A program made the translations under genes and the position numbers. From positions 49,910,001-49,974,000 of the forward strand of contig NC_043010.1 in NCBI RefSeq assembly GCF_006345805.1: 64,000 bases of DNA, given 5' to 3'. Shown in pieces: positions 1 to 12,919 of this stretch. The first letter of the stretch is position 1, and each line of letters opens with the position of its first letter. Below the pieces are notes generated by a model. It did not search any database. It was not told the DNA's origin and worked only from the letters and a program-made list of their open reading frames with translations. The stretch comes from Octopus sinensis (taxonomy: Eukaryota).

Positions 1-2682
1 GTCCTCAATTGTGACTCATGGCTGGCTCTTAGAAGAGTTGGAGATGTAGATACACTAAGAAACAAACCTAGATCACAGTAAACCGCTAAAAATTTAGCTT
101 CAACAATTGAGCCAAAGGGGGAGCCATGTGACCGCTTGACCAGTGAGAAATAGGCAAATTTCCCGCAACTGACAACAGATTGACTAGGTGTTCTGTAAAT
201 AATAGACATGGGGAAAAGATGAGATGGTTACAGCTGGAATGTCTTTGATCAGAGTTGACACGAGCTTAACTTTTAAAATTGTTTCTACCATAGGCACAAG
301 GCCTGAAATTTTGGGAGCGGAGTAGTCGATTACATCGACCTCAATGCTCAATTGGTACTTATTTTATCGACCCCGAAAAGATGAAAGACAAAGTAGACCT
401 CGGCAGAATTTGAACTCAGAACGTAAAGCCGGAAGAAATACCTCTAAGCATTTTGTCCTGCGTTGCTAAAGTAGAGAATAATGAATGAACAGGGCATGCA
501 CCGAAACAATTTCATAATCGTAACGCACTAAAACTACAGTTACCTCCCCTGATGCTAAGAGTAATATCCCTTGTAAAAGCAACTCAGCTTCAATTAAACA
601 ACGCAGTATAAATTCAACTTTTCACTGATGTCAACCACAATATTATTAGGTGACCCAGATGTAGCTGCTTCGGACACAAAAGAAAATTTTTTATGTTGTA
701 GTAGATTTCCTTTACTACTAAACACGAGAGCCTTTATAAATGGCGCCGAAGAGAGTTGTTAGTGTTGAATACGATACTTTACGGTCTTCGTGCTGGCTTT
801 CTGAGCCCTGAGCTCAAATCTAGCACAAGTCACCTTTACCTTTCTTCTTTTCTGAATCAATAAAAAATAAATCAGGTTAAGACGGTGGCTTGAGAGAATG
901 TTAGATTGTTTTTTGAAATGCTTTAGTGTCTGTTTCTATTCTGTGCGTTGTGTGTTCATATTGTAGCGTGGTGTAGATTCGAAACTGTAATTGCTCAGTA
1001 ACGAGAGATTTCGATTCTACATCTCACTCCAATATCCTGCTTTCTATCTATCAACCCCAGAACTTTTGAAACCCGGTGATAAGCTTAGGAAGCGATGACA
1101 AGCTTGAGAAGTCTTTCAGTAAGTACCTAATTATTTAGCCGATCGCTCTCCATGCCTGCATACCAGCTAGCAAGAGAACTTGTGTATAATATCCTGCTTA
1201 CCCGGACATAAGAAAAAGAGACGGATTGTCGTGGCATCAATTATGGCTGACCTGAAATTAAACAACAACTAAGCATCTGAGAGAAAACTTAATATGGTCG
1301 CTCTACCTGCTAGAAATAGCAGCCAAATCCCACTAAAATCACTATATGGTTGCAGCAGGGATATTTAGCATCCTCTCACTCCTGTGCATCTTTCACACAC
1401 AAAGTCTTACTTTCTTTGTTAACCTTCTTGTGATTCAATTGGACCTTTTATAAATCCATTGTTTGCACTGGATACACTCTAAGGAGTGTCTACTCTACCA
1501 TTTAAAAAAATAAGGACACATTGGATGACGAATGTTTTTAAAGAAAATCCGATATTTGTTTTCCCATTGTGCATATGATATATTTGGTCATGAAATGAGT
1601 GGATCAAAGTAGAATTCTGTGGATGTCAGAATTTGGTAATGCCATTGCAAAGATTGTCTCAAAGAAAAATATATATTAGTGACAGAGGCAGTATTAATAC
1701 TGAGAGGTAATATTTATCTCCATGGCTGTTTCCTGCACCAGCTTCACATAGAAGCCCCAGCCCATCCAAAGTATACTGGATCGCAGGACGGCCTGCTGTG
1801 CTTACCTTGGATCATAGGGCAACCTGCTGTGCTTGAGGAGACCTATTGAGTCAAAAACATCAACATCAAAAATCAAATAGAAATTGTAGTTGTGATACCT
1901 GAGCTGGTGGCACGTAAAAAGCACCATCTGAACGTGGCCGATGCTAGCGCCGCCTTGACTGGCTTCTGTGCCGGTGGTACGTAAAAATTACCAACCAATC
2001 ATGGCCTCCTCTGGCACCTGTGCTAGTGGCACATAAAAAGCACCCACTACACTCACGGAGTGGTTGGCGCTAGGAAGGGCATCCAGCTGTAGAAACACTG
2101 CCAGATCAGACTGGAGCCTGGTGCAGCCTCCTGGCTTCTCAGACTCCGGTCCAACCATCCAACCTATGCTAGCATGGAAAATGGATGTTAAACGATGATG
2201 ATGATGATGACTTAAATGTGGATGTTCTGTTAGAACTATTCTGAGGTAGTTACCATGAGAGAAACTATCACATTGACTTTTGGTGCAAAATGTACTCTTG
2301 TTTATATCACTAGAGGGGAGATAAATCCCTGCCATCTCCAGCACCGAGACCACCAGATCAAGTGATTTTGACCTTACTTGGTCTTGACAATGATGGATGC
2401 TCAACCACTAGAGATAGCAGTGACTCATCTTCTTGCAAGTGATATATAGAAAAGTAGTGCAAGAGCAAGTATTGGTGTTTGTAATTAGCCCGTGAGCTTC
2501 TTAAGACCAAAAAAGATAGAGATCTGGTGGTATCAGTGCCTAGAAGTGTCAGGTATTTGTCGCCCCACTAGTGCGTTTTGCACCAAAAGCCAGCCAATAT
2601 GAGAGTTTCTCTCATGGAATCTACTGCAGTATAGTCTGTTCTAATGGAACATCCATATTTAAGTGGGGATAAATATTACCTA

Positions 2683-2780
2683 TCACAAAGAAATATCTGT
2701 CAGAAAGAATACAATCTTTGAGAATTGTAAATTGAAATTGGAAGAAGTAATCAAGATATTGTATTTGTATTCATATGAAT
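2683..2780 (+). pseudogene. Merlin-type transposase N-terminal fragment
   Basis: KEISVRKNTIFENCKLKLEEVIKILYLYSYE resembles the SIRxGTxFExSKLxLxxILxLxYxW region of Merlin transposases. Confidence 0.5.
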
Positions 2781-3101
2781 CTCTATGCTTTTCTTTTTAT
2801 CCTTTGATTTTGTTTCATTTTGAAATGTTGGGTAATAGGTGCAGACATGGCTTTGTGGTAAGAAACTTGCTTTCTGGCCACGTAGTTCTGTGTTCAGTCC
2901 CAATGTGTGGCACCTTGGGCAAGTGTCATCTACTATATCCTTGGGCTGACCAAAGTCTTGTGAATGGATTTGGTAAATGGAAACTGAAATGTGTGTGTGT
3001 GTCCGCCACTACTGTTTGACAACCAATATTGGTGTGTTTACATCCCAGTAACTTAGTGGTCCAACAAGAGAGACCAATAGAATAAGTACCAAGCTTAAAA
3101 A

Positions 3102-3285
3102 TCTCTATATCTATAGACGGAAAAATGTCTGTGTATCTGTGTGTCCTTTATACAAATCCACAGTTTTTCACGTAAAAGGATCGCATTTTCTATGGGCTTT
3201 CAAAACTGTCTGAAGCAGGATTTTCATGAAAGACCAAATATGCTTGACTAGCACCAGACCTGGCAATGTCGGGTCATAGTGCTAG
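3102..3285 (+). mobile_element. Short Helitron-like element nested in a SINE
   Basis: A|TC start, hairpin ACCTG-GCAATGT-CGGGT, CTAG|T end. The host SINE (about 2830-3390) resumes after it. Confidence 0.65.
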
Positions 3286-3508
3286 TAAATAAATAAATAC
3301 CAGGGTCATTCATTCAATTAAAACTCTCCGAAGCAGTGCTCCAGCATGGCCGCAGTCTAATGACTGAATCAAGTAAAAGGTAAAAGATAGAAGACAAATA
3401 ACTAAGAAGCACCAACTCTTCCACTGTAACAATGACCACTGATTCACTCAATTAGTCCACCATTCACCTCGCACACAATAATTAGCAACAACATCAAACA
3501 CAGCATGT

Positions 3509-4071
3509 TTAATTAAGTTTTATTTTCTTATAATACTTTCTTGATCTCTGCAATGCCTCTTCAGGATTGAATAATGGCCGGAAGCCTAAGTACGTCCTTG
3601 CTTTGTCATTTTTAAAGGTCAGTGTCATGTTGATGTACTTGATACTGCAGATGGGTGGTTGAGCATTGATTTTGACCAAGGGCGATATCAGCCACAAAAA
3701 CAGATCCCGGATGCTCAAGAGACCATGGATCAACCAATACGGGATGTATACTGGCATGTGCTTGAACCCACGGTCATGAAGATAGGGTTCTAGGGTTGTG
3801 TAGATGCTGGTCGCAGGTGTGTCGTCGGGCACAAAGAAGTATTGACCTTCTACGTTAGTTAGTTTGTTGTCGAGGAGTGTCCGATTAGCCATTAGAAACG
3901 CCCAGGCCACATTGCCTGCGTAGGATACCTGGAAGATGGCTTTACCATTGCCAACACAGACTGACCATCCACCTGCGCTATAGGCAGACTGAAGTGCGGA
4001 AGGAATAAGGAATGGGTCACCTTCACCATACATGACATTTGGACGCAGCGAAACAGTGTACAGGCGTCCAC
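3509..4071 (-). CDS. HSD3B: HSD3B-family terminal coding exon (GGRLYTVSLRPNVMYGEGD...KKIKLN*)
   Basis: Acceptor TTCTCCCACAG|GT, stop TAA at 3511-3509. Includes a hydrophobic segment typical of membrane-associated 3-beta-HSDs. Confidence 0.93.
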
Positions 4072-4507
4072 CTGTGGGAGAATAATAAAAATTAGGGTAG
4101 AATTCACAGCTTCAGTAATGATGATGATGATGATGAAGATGATAATGATGAGGGTGATGATGTTGTTGAAGATAATAGTGATGATGATGATTATGAGAGT
4201 AATAACGATGGTGATGATGATGATTATGAGAGTAATAACGATGGTGATGATGATGATTATGAGAGTAATGACGATGGTGATGATGATGATAATGATGATG
4301 ACTGTTTCCAAGTTAAGCACAAACCCTGAAATTTAGTGGGAGGGGTTAAGCTGATTCCAGTGCTCAACTAGTGTTTATTTTATTGACATTGAAAGGATGA
4401 AGAGCAAAGCCGACCTTGGCAGAATATGAACTCAGGACATAGAGAACCTCAACAAATGCTGCTAAGCATTTTGTCTAGCATGCTAATGATTCTGCCACAT
4501 CACCACC

Positions 4508-4552
<45 letters not shown>

Positions 4553-7500
4553 TCTTGACACATTAGCAAAATGTGAAACCTGAAGACTAAAACAATACCT
4601 GTTGTCATAGGTGCCCTAGTAATGATAGCAAAAGGGATTGATTGCTACCTAGCTCAGATACCAGGAAACCCCAAAATGGCAGAAATTCAAAAGTACTCAT
4701 GGGAACTGCCCATATCCTACGCCAAATACTCTCTATGTAATCTCAAGTTTTAAAACAAACATAATTTTCTTATGGTTTCTTAAGCATTCTCTAGAACAAC
4801 ACTTTATACAAAACCAAATATATGCCACCCTAGGCATAACACCAACATGAACTTCCAACTTGTCTCTTAAGGTCTCTTCAAACTTTGCTATTATAATATT
4901 TATTCAAACCCCAGAGAATCTCTCTCAACACATGGCTATGTATGCTACCCAACTATTCCTGCTCATGATCAGAGAAGCAGATACTGTCAGCCACTAAGGG
5001 TTATGGTCAAGCAACATAAGTTATGTGGTTATGGCCAGGCAACTGAAAGGCAAGTGCTTATGATCAAGCAAACTGAAAAGCAAATCTGTGATATTGAGCA
5101 GAATATTTGCAATAATGATATTTCTGCTTCAACAACTCAATGCTGAATCTGTGTGAAATATAATGGAAAATAGGTCAGTTTCAAAACGTTGATGTCCAGG
5201 TCACAAAAGCAAAGTTTGAAGCGACTGGTAGTCAAACCAAGTAAAAGAAAAACAGAATGTGAAGATGAAGCTAGATAAGTGAAGATTTTGGGCTTTCCTC
5301 TTACCGTTGGCAAGGTGTGAACCATTTGCTCTACAGACTAAATCTTCTGCCTCGTGCTTAGTTTGTGGGTATCCAGGGAAAAGGAAATGGCTTGGTGTGA
5401 TTGCAGTGTCCTCTGTGCCATCAACTATGTTTTTATCTCCTACAACGACGTCTACAGTGCTGCAGAAGATAAGTCGTGGCACACTCATTTCGATGCATGC
5501 ATGGATAACATTCTCTGTGCCTGTATGAAAAGGGGAATTAGTAATGGACATTGTTAAGCTGCTCCTATCTACACATACACACATTCTTTACCACATACAT
5601 ATACACTCTCTCTCCGTCTCTCTCTCACACACATATACACTCTGTCTTTTGTTTCTCACACACAGACACACACACACTCTCTGTCTCTCTCTCTCACATA
5701 CACAGATAACTATCTGTCTTTGTCTCTCTCCCTCACACACACACACACATTCTCTCTCTCTCACACACACACATACTCTGTCTTTTGTCTCTCACACACA
5801 GACTCTCTCTCTCTCTCTCAAACACACACGCACACACAATCTCTCTCTCTCTCTCACACATACATCTTTGACACATGTTTTGAAGATAACGCTGATATTA
5901 TTCCAAAGGAATAAAATGGTGTAAAAGAATGTAATCTTCTCTTCAGGGAAGTGAAGAAATGAAACTTGTCAATAAGACATTTTAACTGAAAATGATGGAT
6001 AGTATAGTGATTAACTGAAAGTGCGAGCCCTCTAACTGAAAAATGACAGTTTGCTATTCACAAATACACCTAAGTCTCTGATATTATCTGATGGTTCAAG
6101 TAGGTCTGACGGTGGTGTATATGGTTGTTTGAGTGTGCCCTCTTTTCCAAAGTGGATGAACTCAAATTTTTCTTTGTTCAACTGCATATATTATTTTTTT
6201 GTGCCCACTGAGTTACTGTGCATAGGTCTGATTGAAGCATCGTTTGATCATATGCTCCCTTAATGACTTTCTGGAACTTAGAGTCATCTACAAATATTTT
6301 AATGGTTCTATGTTCAATGGAATCTGCAATGTCATTGATATCTCTCTCTATATAAACGGCAGTTTGTCTGTGTGCGTGTCTGTGTGTCTGTCAGGTTGTA
6401 CCCTCACCCTGACCACGGCTTTCAACCGATTCTGATGAAACTTGACACACACATAGCCCAATGTCATAATTCAAAACTAACGCAGTGAAAATTTTGAAAA
6501 GTTCCCCCAGTTCTGAAAAAGATCGGTAAATTCGACATGGGGTCGACAATCAGAAACACAAACCACAGATGGTCTAGGGGACGCAACTCGACCTTTTTAA
6601 CTCTCAAAAAAATTTACCATAATTTTTTTCCCATTTTTTTGCTATTTTTTGGCTATAACTCTCTAAAAATGCTTTATAGTTATTTCCGTTACAAACCCGA
6701 GCAACGCCGGGCGATACTGCTAGTAGATAATAAAAAGAAGTGGACCCAGTACAGTACTCTGTGGGACTCCACTGATGACCTTTGCTGGTCTTGAGTGGAT
6801 GCCATCAACCACAACATGCTGGGTCCTGTTTGTTAGGAAATACCTAATCCATTGAAGTAGCTTTCTACTGACTCCAGTGTTGGATAGTTTTCTTAACAGT
6901 ATATTGTAGTCGACTCTGTCAAAGGCCTTGCTGAAATCAAGGTACATGACATCTGCATTGGAGCCCTCACTTAGTGCATTTAACATGTCATATATATATA
7001 TTTCTTTACTACCCACAAGGAGAGACAAAGCGATTAAGTCAATTCCAACGACCCCAGTGCGTAACTGGTACTTAATATATCGACCCTGAAAGGATGAAAG
7101 GCAAAGTCAATCTCGGCCGAATTTGAACTCAGAACTTAACAGCAGACGAAATACGTGTACGCATTTCGCCCGGCGTGCTACCGTTTCTGCCAGCTTGCAC
7201 ACACACACACACAGACACACACATTCACCAACATCTATATCAGAGACACAGTATAATATTCAAGTAAAAATCATTCAACCAACCAACCAGCAAATCAACC
7301 AAACCACCAATCTGTCTGTCTGTCTATCTAGATATCTAGCTATCTACATAACTAGTTTCCAGTCAGTTTGTCTAACACACCTTGCTGTCTACAAATAACT
7401 TTCCTGTCTTAAATCACCTGAGACATTAACTTTCTGCATCAATTCAGTATCTGGTCTGGTCCCATAACTGACTACACCAGCAACATGGTATACAACATCG

Positions 7501-8035
7501 ACTCCATCTAATGCTTGCATGATATCAGTGTAGTTGGTAACATCACCAATGATGTGGCGGCTAGAAAAATTGTCTTCGTATTCTGCAATGAAAGAAGACA
7601 AACAGTATTATATATATATATATATATAATACAAATAAGAAAATGGAGAAACAATTTAGTTGGTTTATCTGCTTTAGGATATTAGAATGTTGACTTATTT
7701 ATTTATTTAACACAACAAGAACCATAATAACATACATAAATACATTAAAATTCAATACATATAAGATAAGAATACAATTATAAAAACCTTAATATAAATT
7801 ATATAAAATCACTCTTACAACTGTTTCAGCCTATGGGAAAAGTAGTTTTCAGTGCCTATAGTTGTCAATTATATTGAGGCTGTAGGCATTTAAAACTGGG
7901 GTACTTATATATTGCAATTAAAAAACACTTGTGTATTAATAATTTGGGTATTATACCAGCAGTATATTGGATAAGTATTATCCCTTAGTGGGTTGGATCC
8001 ACAACCCCTAACTTATTTGGTGTGTGTATGTATAT

Positions 8036-8088
<53 letters not shown>

Positions 8089-8775
8089 ATAAAGAGAGGG
8101 AGATAGAAGTTACTATTCCCGTGCATGTTGAAAAAATAGATGCTTTAATGAAACTTCTATAATCCACCTTGATGCGAATAAAAGCTGTCAGTGGGAGAGA
8201 CGAATAGAATAATTTTTTAAAAAATTACTGTGAGTTGATAGTGTACTATAGTTTCGGGTTTAACTTGCAAAATTAAACAAATCGATTTTTAAAAAATTAA
8301 TTTAATTTAAATTTGGCAAGTTTGACCTTCCTCAGCACTATTGCTCCATATTTACAAAGAAACATGAATAATTAAAAAAATATTACCTTATTCGTTCATG
8401 TTGAAACCTGATAAAGAAGTTTAGCTTTCTTTCACTCTTGTTATATATATATATATATACACACACGTACACATACACATACATATATAAAACACAATAT
8501 ACATTTTATACATACATATGTATATAATAAAAAAGCCTGTCTTATCATCATTTAGCGTCCGTTTTCCATGCTAGCATGGGTTGGACGGTTCTACTGGGGT
8601 CTGTGATGCCAGAAGGCTTCATCAGGCCCAGTCAAATCTGGCAGTGTTTCTACGGCTGGATGCCCTTCCTAACGCCAACCACTCCGTGAGTGTAGTGGGT
8701 GCTTTTTACGTGCCACCCGCACTGGTGCCAGACAGAGCTGGCAAACGGCCACGAACGGATGGTGCTTTTTATGTG

Positions 8776-8823
<48 letters not shown>

Positions 8824-8880
8824 CATATACATGAATGTATGCATGCACGTGTGTGCATGCATGTGTGTGTGTGCATGCAT

Positions 8881-8936
<56 letters not shown>

Positions 8937-10474
8937 ATGTGTAAAATACACACATAAAGTGAGGTGCTGAAAATTCCTCAGAATGAAAGGTAGACTATAT
9001 GATGCTTGTGTTTCTGAATGCAGAAAACATGTGTAGACTGGAGAGAAATGAAGGTAGTATGCACTATTGGATGTGCAGCATCAGTGCACATTGTACAACG
9101 AAGTGCAAATGTATTGAGAGAAACGTTGGGCATAAGAGGAATCAAATGTAGCATGCAAGAGAGAAGACTACGTTGGTTTGGACATGTGATGCATATGAAT
9201 GAGGACAGCTGCATAAAGAAGTGCTGATCACTGAAAGTAGATGGTATCTGTGGAAGAGGGAGACCCATGAAGACATGGGATGCAGTGGTAAGGACCGATC
9301 TCATGATGTTGTGTCTCACGGAGGAAATGACAATGGAAATATCTGGCGATATGAAGTTCTTGAGAAGACCTGCCCATATCAATGAAACTGAGTTCTAGAA
9401 GCACTGTGTGTCTCACCCACACTTAACAAGAAAACTTCTCACACACCCTACCACAACAAACCAAACTACATCTCTACATTAGTTCTCTTCCTCGCATTTT
9501 CACTTCATGCACTATGCTTACTTCCCACTCCCCAATCCTGTCCTCTTGACCCTGTGCCACTGTATCACTGCTCTTTGCTAGCTTCCGACCCGTGTGTCCC
9601 ACCCAGGCCCTGCCTTACTGTCTCATTGTATATGCCTGGCACTTTGCCACCATCTCTATCTTGCTGTCTCCCACTCTCTCTCACCTTCTCCTGCACTTCC
9701 CTCAGGCTGGGTAATCATGTATTTCTTTTGCGGCCGTGCACCTGTTTCTGTTCTCATTCCCGATCTCTCTCTCTCTGGCCATGTAACCTTGTACCTCCTC
9801 TACTGTATGACACCTTTTTCTGACTTGTAAGTACTTGGTGACCCTGTCACTGCAGGTGCCACTTAAAAGCACCCGGTCCACACTGTAAAGTGACTGGCAT
9901 TTGGAAGAGCATCTAGCTGTAAAAATCTTGCCAAAATTGACCTCACCTGTGCTTGTGCCATGTAAAAAGCACTGAGTTCATTCAGTGTTAGGAAGGGTAT
10001 CCAGCTGTAAAAATCCAGCCAAAAAATCACAGAAGTTTGGTGCAGGCTCTTATCAAACCATTTACTCATGCCAGCATGGAAGGTGAATGTTAAATGATGA
10101 TGATGAAACCTTGGGTACTTGATTATTAACTTAAATTCCAACAAATGCCTTTCTAGTGTCGAGTAATTCTGGTTTCTTAGTAATGAGTGTATATATGTGT
10201 GTGTGTATGCGTGCAAGTGAATGTGTGTGTGTGTAAATGTATATGTATGATGTAAAAAATAACTTGAAATCTAACCATGCATCAAAGAATTTGTTAATGT
10301 AAGAATCTCTTTTCTATACATACCTAGAAATTTCTTAATGGGCCGAATATCGAATGTACGTACTTCACGCACATCATCGCATTTTGTTTGTAAAAGATGT
10401 ACAATGTGCTGTCCAAGGAAGCCCGAACCACCTGTCACCACACACACTTGTTTTGCTCTCCTCTCTGGTGCCAT
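3509..10474 (-). CDS. HSD3B: 3-beta-hydroxysteroid dehydrogenase / extended SDR family protein, 4 coding exons, 364 aa
   Basis: Exons 10474-10324 (151 nt), 7582-7418 (165), 5520-5305 (216) and 4071-3509 (563) total 1095 nt = 364 aa + TAA. All three introns are phase 1 and GT-AG, and the frame is continuous. Motifs: Rossmann TGGSGFLG, acidic Asp in TFDIR (NAD preference), catalytic YPQTK (YxxxK), RPNVMYGEG, YAGNVAWAFLMA and GQYFFVPDDTP. These resemble HSD3B rather than NSDHL. Exact orthology (HSD3B1/2 vs HSD3B7 vs mollusc-specific) is not determined. Confidence 0.93.
4118..4302. repeat. (ATG)n-derived tract with three 33-bp units (intron 3)
   Basis: TTATGAGAGTAAT recurs at 4191, 4224 and 4257. 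Confidence 0.9.
4562..4740 (+). mobile_element. R4/NeSL-type (RLE) non-LTR retrotransposon 3' end (intron 3)
   Basis: KTKTIPVVIGALVMI..LAQIPGNPKMAEIQK..LMGTAHILRQILSM* is the typical C-terminus of RLE-clade elements. Confidence 0.72.
5305..5520 (-). CDS. HSD3B: HSD3B-family coding exon 3 (GTENVIHAC...YPQTK...HLAN)
   Basis: Acceptor TTTCATACAG|GC, donor G|GTAAGA, 216 nt. Contains the catalytic Ser (FCST) and YxxxK. Confidence 0.93.
6341..6723 (+). mobile_element. Non-autonomous Helitron-like element (intron 2)
   Basis: A|TC 5' end followed by a (GTCT/GT) tract; 3' hairpin CCCG-AGCAACGC-CGGG at 6696-6711; CTAG|T end; no TSD. Confidence 0.72.
6733..6985 (-). mobile_element. CR1/L2/Jockey-group LINE reverse transcriptase fragment (intron 2)
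   Basis: DVMYLDFSKAFDRVDYNILLRKL..LLQWIRYFLTNRTQHVVVDG..SGVPQSTVLGPLLF. Confidence 0.88.
7418..7582 (-). CDS. HSD3B: HSD3B-family coding exon 2 (EYEDNFSSRHIIGDV...KVNVS)
   Basis: Acceptor TTCATTGCAG|AA, donor G|GTGATT, 165 nt. Encodes GDV and the VYHVAG SDR motif. Confidence 0.93.
9000..9380 (+). mobile_element. RTE-clade LINE C-terminal fragment (intron 1)
   Basis: QERRLRWFGHVMHMNEDSCIKKC..KVDGICGRGRPMKTWDAVVRTDL. Confidence 0.85.
10324..10474 (-). CDS. HSD3B: HSD3B-family coding exon 1 (MAPERRAKQVCVVTGGSGFLG...KKFL)
   Basis: ATG at 10474, 50 codons + 1 nt, donor G|GTATGT. A polypyrimidine tract and CTACAG acceptor just upstream (exon start 10494) imply a further non-coding upstream exon. 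Confidence 0.92.
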
Positions 10475-12919
10475 GTTACTGCTGTACCGGAGAGCTGTAG
10501 ATTTGGTTGGAAGGATAAGAAGTAAGCTTAAAAATAAGAAAAAGCGTTGGTGAGAGAGAAAGAGAGTAAGAAATAAGAAGAAGAAAGAGACACAGAGAGC
10601 ATGATTGTAAGGAAACCCTACAATCAGCAACACACACAACAATCTACATCCAAGCAAAATACTGTATTCTTCCTATTTTGCCGTCTAGTTCTTTCATCAG
10701 TCAAGGTTCGACCATGCTTATGTGCAGGTTTTGTTAAACTATTTTGATAAATATAGGAACGTACATATGGATGCAAGTACGCTACCTCTTATTTCGTTAT
10801 TACCCACAAAGGGCTAAACATAGAGGGGACAAACAAGGACAAGCAAAGGGATTAAGTCGATTACATCAACCTTAATTTATTGAACCCGAGAGGATGAAAG
10901 GCAAAGTCAACTTCAGCAGAATTTGAACTCAGGACATAAAGACAGATGAAATACCTATTTCTTTACTACCCACAAGGGGCTAAACACAGAGAGGACAAAC
11001 AAAGACAGACAAACGAATTAAGTCGATTATATCGACCCCAGTGCTTAACTGGTACTTATTTAATTGACCCTGAAAGGATGAAAGGCAAAGTTGACCTCGG
11101 CGGAATTTGAACTCAGGACATAAAGACAGATAAAATACCACTAAGCATTTCACCCAGCATGCTAACGCTTCTGCCAGCTCACCGCCTTATGCGTATCATA
11201 TATTACGGTGGTGGTATTTGGCTAAGTGGCATTGGACTATCCCTATGCGACTAATTTTTATCCAAGGGAAAGGTTGCCAAATTGGGCCAATGCAGCTTAA
11301 TACCATGCCATCACAGGTGTTGCTGTCAAAACATAAGCAGCCAGAATAGACACCACAAGGCCCCTGTCTGTTTCTAATACACCTTTTGTGCAATCACTGA
11401 TTAAATCTCAGTACATCAAACAAAATTTCTTCCAATTTTTTATCTGCATATTGAGCAAGCTATTTCCCAAATGGGAGTAAAAGTACTGTTTTAGCTCCTA
11501 CAGATTAAAATCATCATCTATCCTCATTTAACGTCTGCTTTCCTTGCTGGTATGGGTTAGACAATTTGACTGGAACTGGTAAACCACAGAGCTGCACCAA
11601 GCTCAAGTTTGATTTGGCATGGATTCTATGGCTGGATACCCTGCCAAACACTAACCACACAAAGAGTGTAATGAGTAGTTTTTATGTGACACAGACACAG
11701 GGGCCATTTGCATGACACCGGCAATTGCCATGACTACGATTCCAAGGGGGGCATTTACATGACACTGGCAACAGATTTCATTTTGCTTGACAAGTCTTCC
11801 CAAGAACAGCATATTGTGCAAGGACTCAGTCACTTGCCATCGCCTCCGTGGGGCTCAACATTCGAAGATCACGCTACCAGCAACAACAATAACAACAATA
11901 ATAATACATATATCTATATATACACACACACACACACACAAATATACATATATATACACAACTAATGTAGGATAAAACTTTTTTCGAAAAAAAATTTTAT
12001 CAATGGCCAGCATATCAAAAATTACCTTTAAAGGTTAAATTTATAAATTTATATCATCATTCATTTAGCGTCCGTTTTCCATGCTAGCATGCATACACAC
12101 ACACATATATATATATATACCAAATAAGTAAGGGGTTGTGGATCCAACCCTCTAAGGGATAATACTTATCCAATATACTGTTGGTATACTACCCAAATTA
12201 TTAATACACAAATGTTTTTAATTGCAATGCAATGAACTCACTTATTGTATTAAATGGGTGAAGGTAAAGAAATATTTTACCGTTAATTTATATTACAAAT
12301 AAAAATAAGAAAATGGAGAAATTAGTTTATCAGCTTTAGGCTATTAGAATGTTGTCTTATTTAATAAACAAAACTACAACCATTATATATATACACATAT
12401 ACATATACATATATATATACACATATACATATATACACATATACATATATACACATATACATATATATATATACACATATACATATACACATATATATAT
12501 GTACATATACACATACATATATGCATATATATGGATATACATATACACACACACATATATATATACATATATAGATACACACGCGCACACACACACACAC
12601 ATATATATATAATTAGAAAGTAATGTAATAAAACATTATGGATGATACATAACAAATGATTAAGATTACTTATGAATATATCAATGGCCAAACATGTTAT
12701 CATAAAATACAAAGAAGAAAAACGTTTATAAATCACAATTATAACTAAGAGGGTTAAAAAATCCTTACATGTTAAAAATAGCAGCCAAAACTGCTATAAA
12801 GACATTATATCACTCATATTATTTCTCCTCATGATAAAAACTGTCTTCGGGCCTCATGACAAATAGAATCCACAACTTAAAAATAACTGGTTAATTCCGT
12901 ATTGCAATGATGGATCGTT

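Noticed and set aside
741-812. Short plus-strand ORF MAPKRVVSVEYDTLRSSCWLSEP echoing the HSD3B start MAPERR
   Set aside because: The similarity is limited to the first few residues, the ORF closes after 23 codons, and there is no Rossmann motif.
1988-2404. 138-aa ORF and similar ORFs at 8581-8886 and 61570-61869 (AVFLQLDALP..SVVGAFYVP)
   Set aside because: The recurrent peptide comes from a multi-copy retroposon family, not a host gene.
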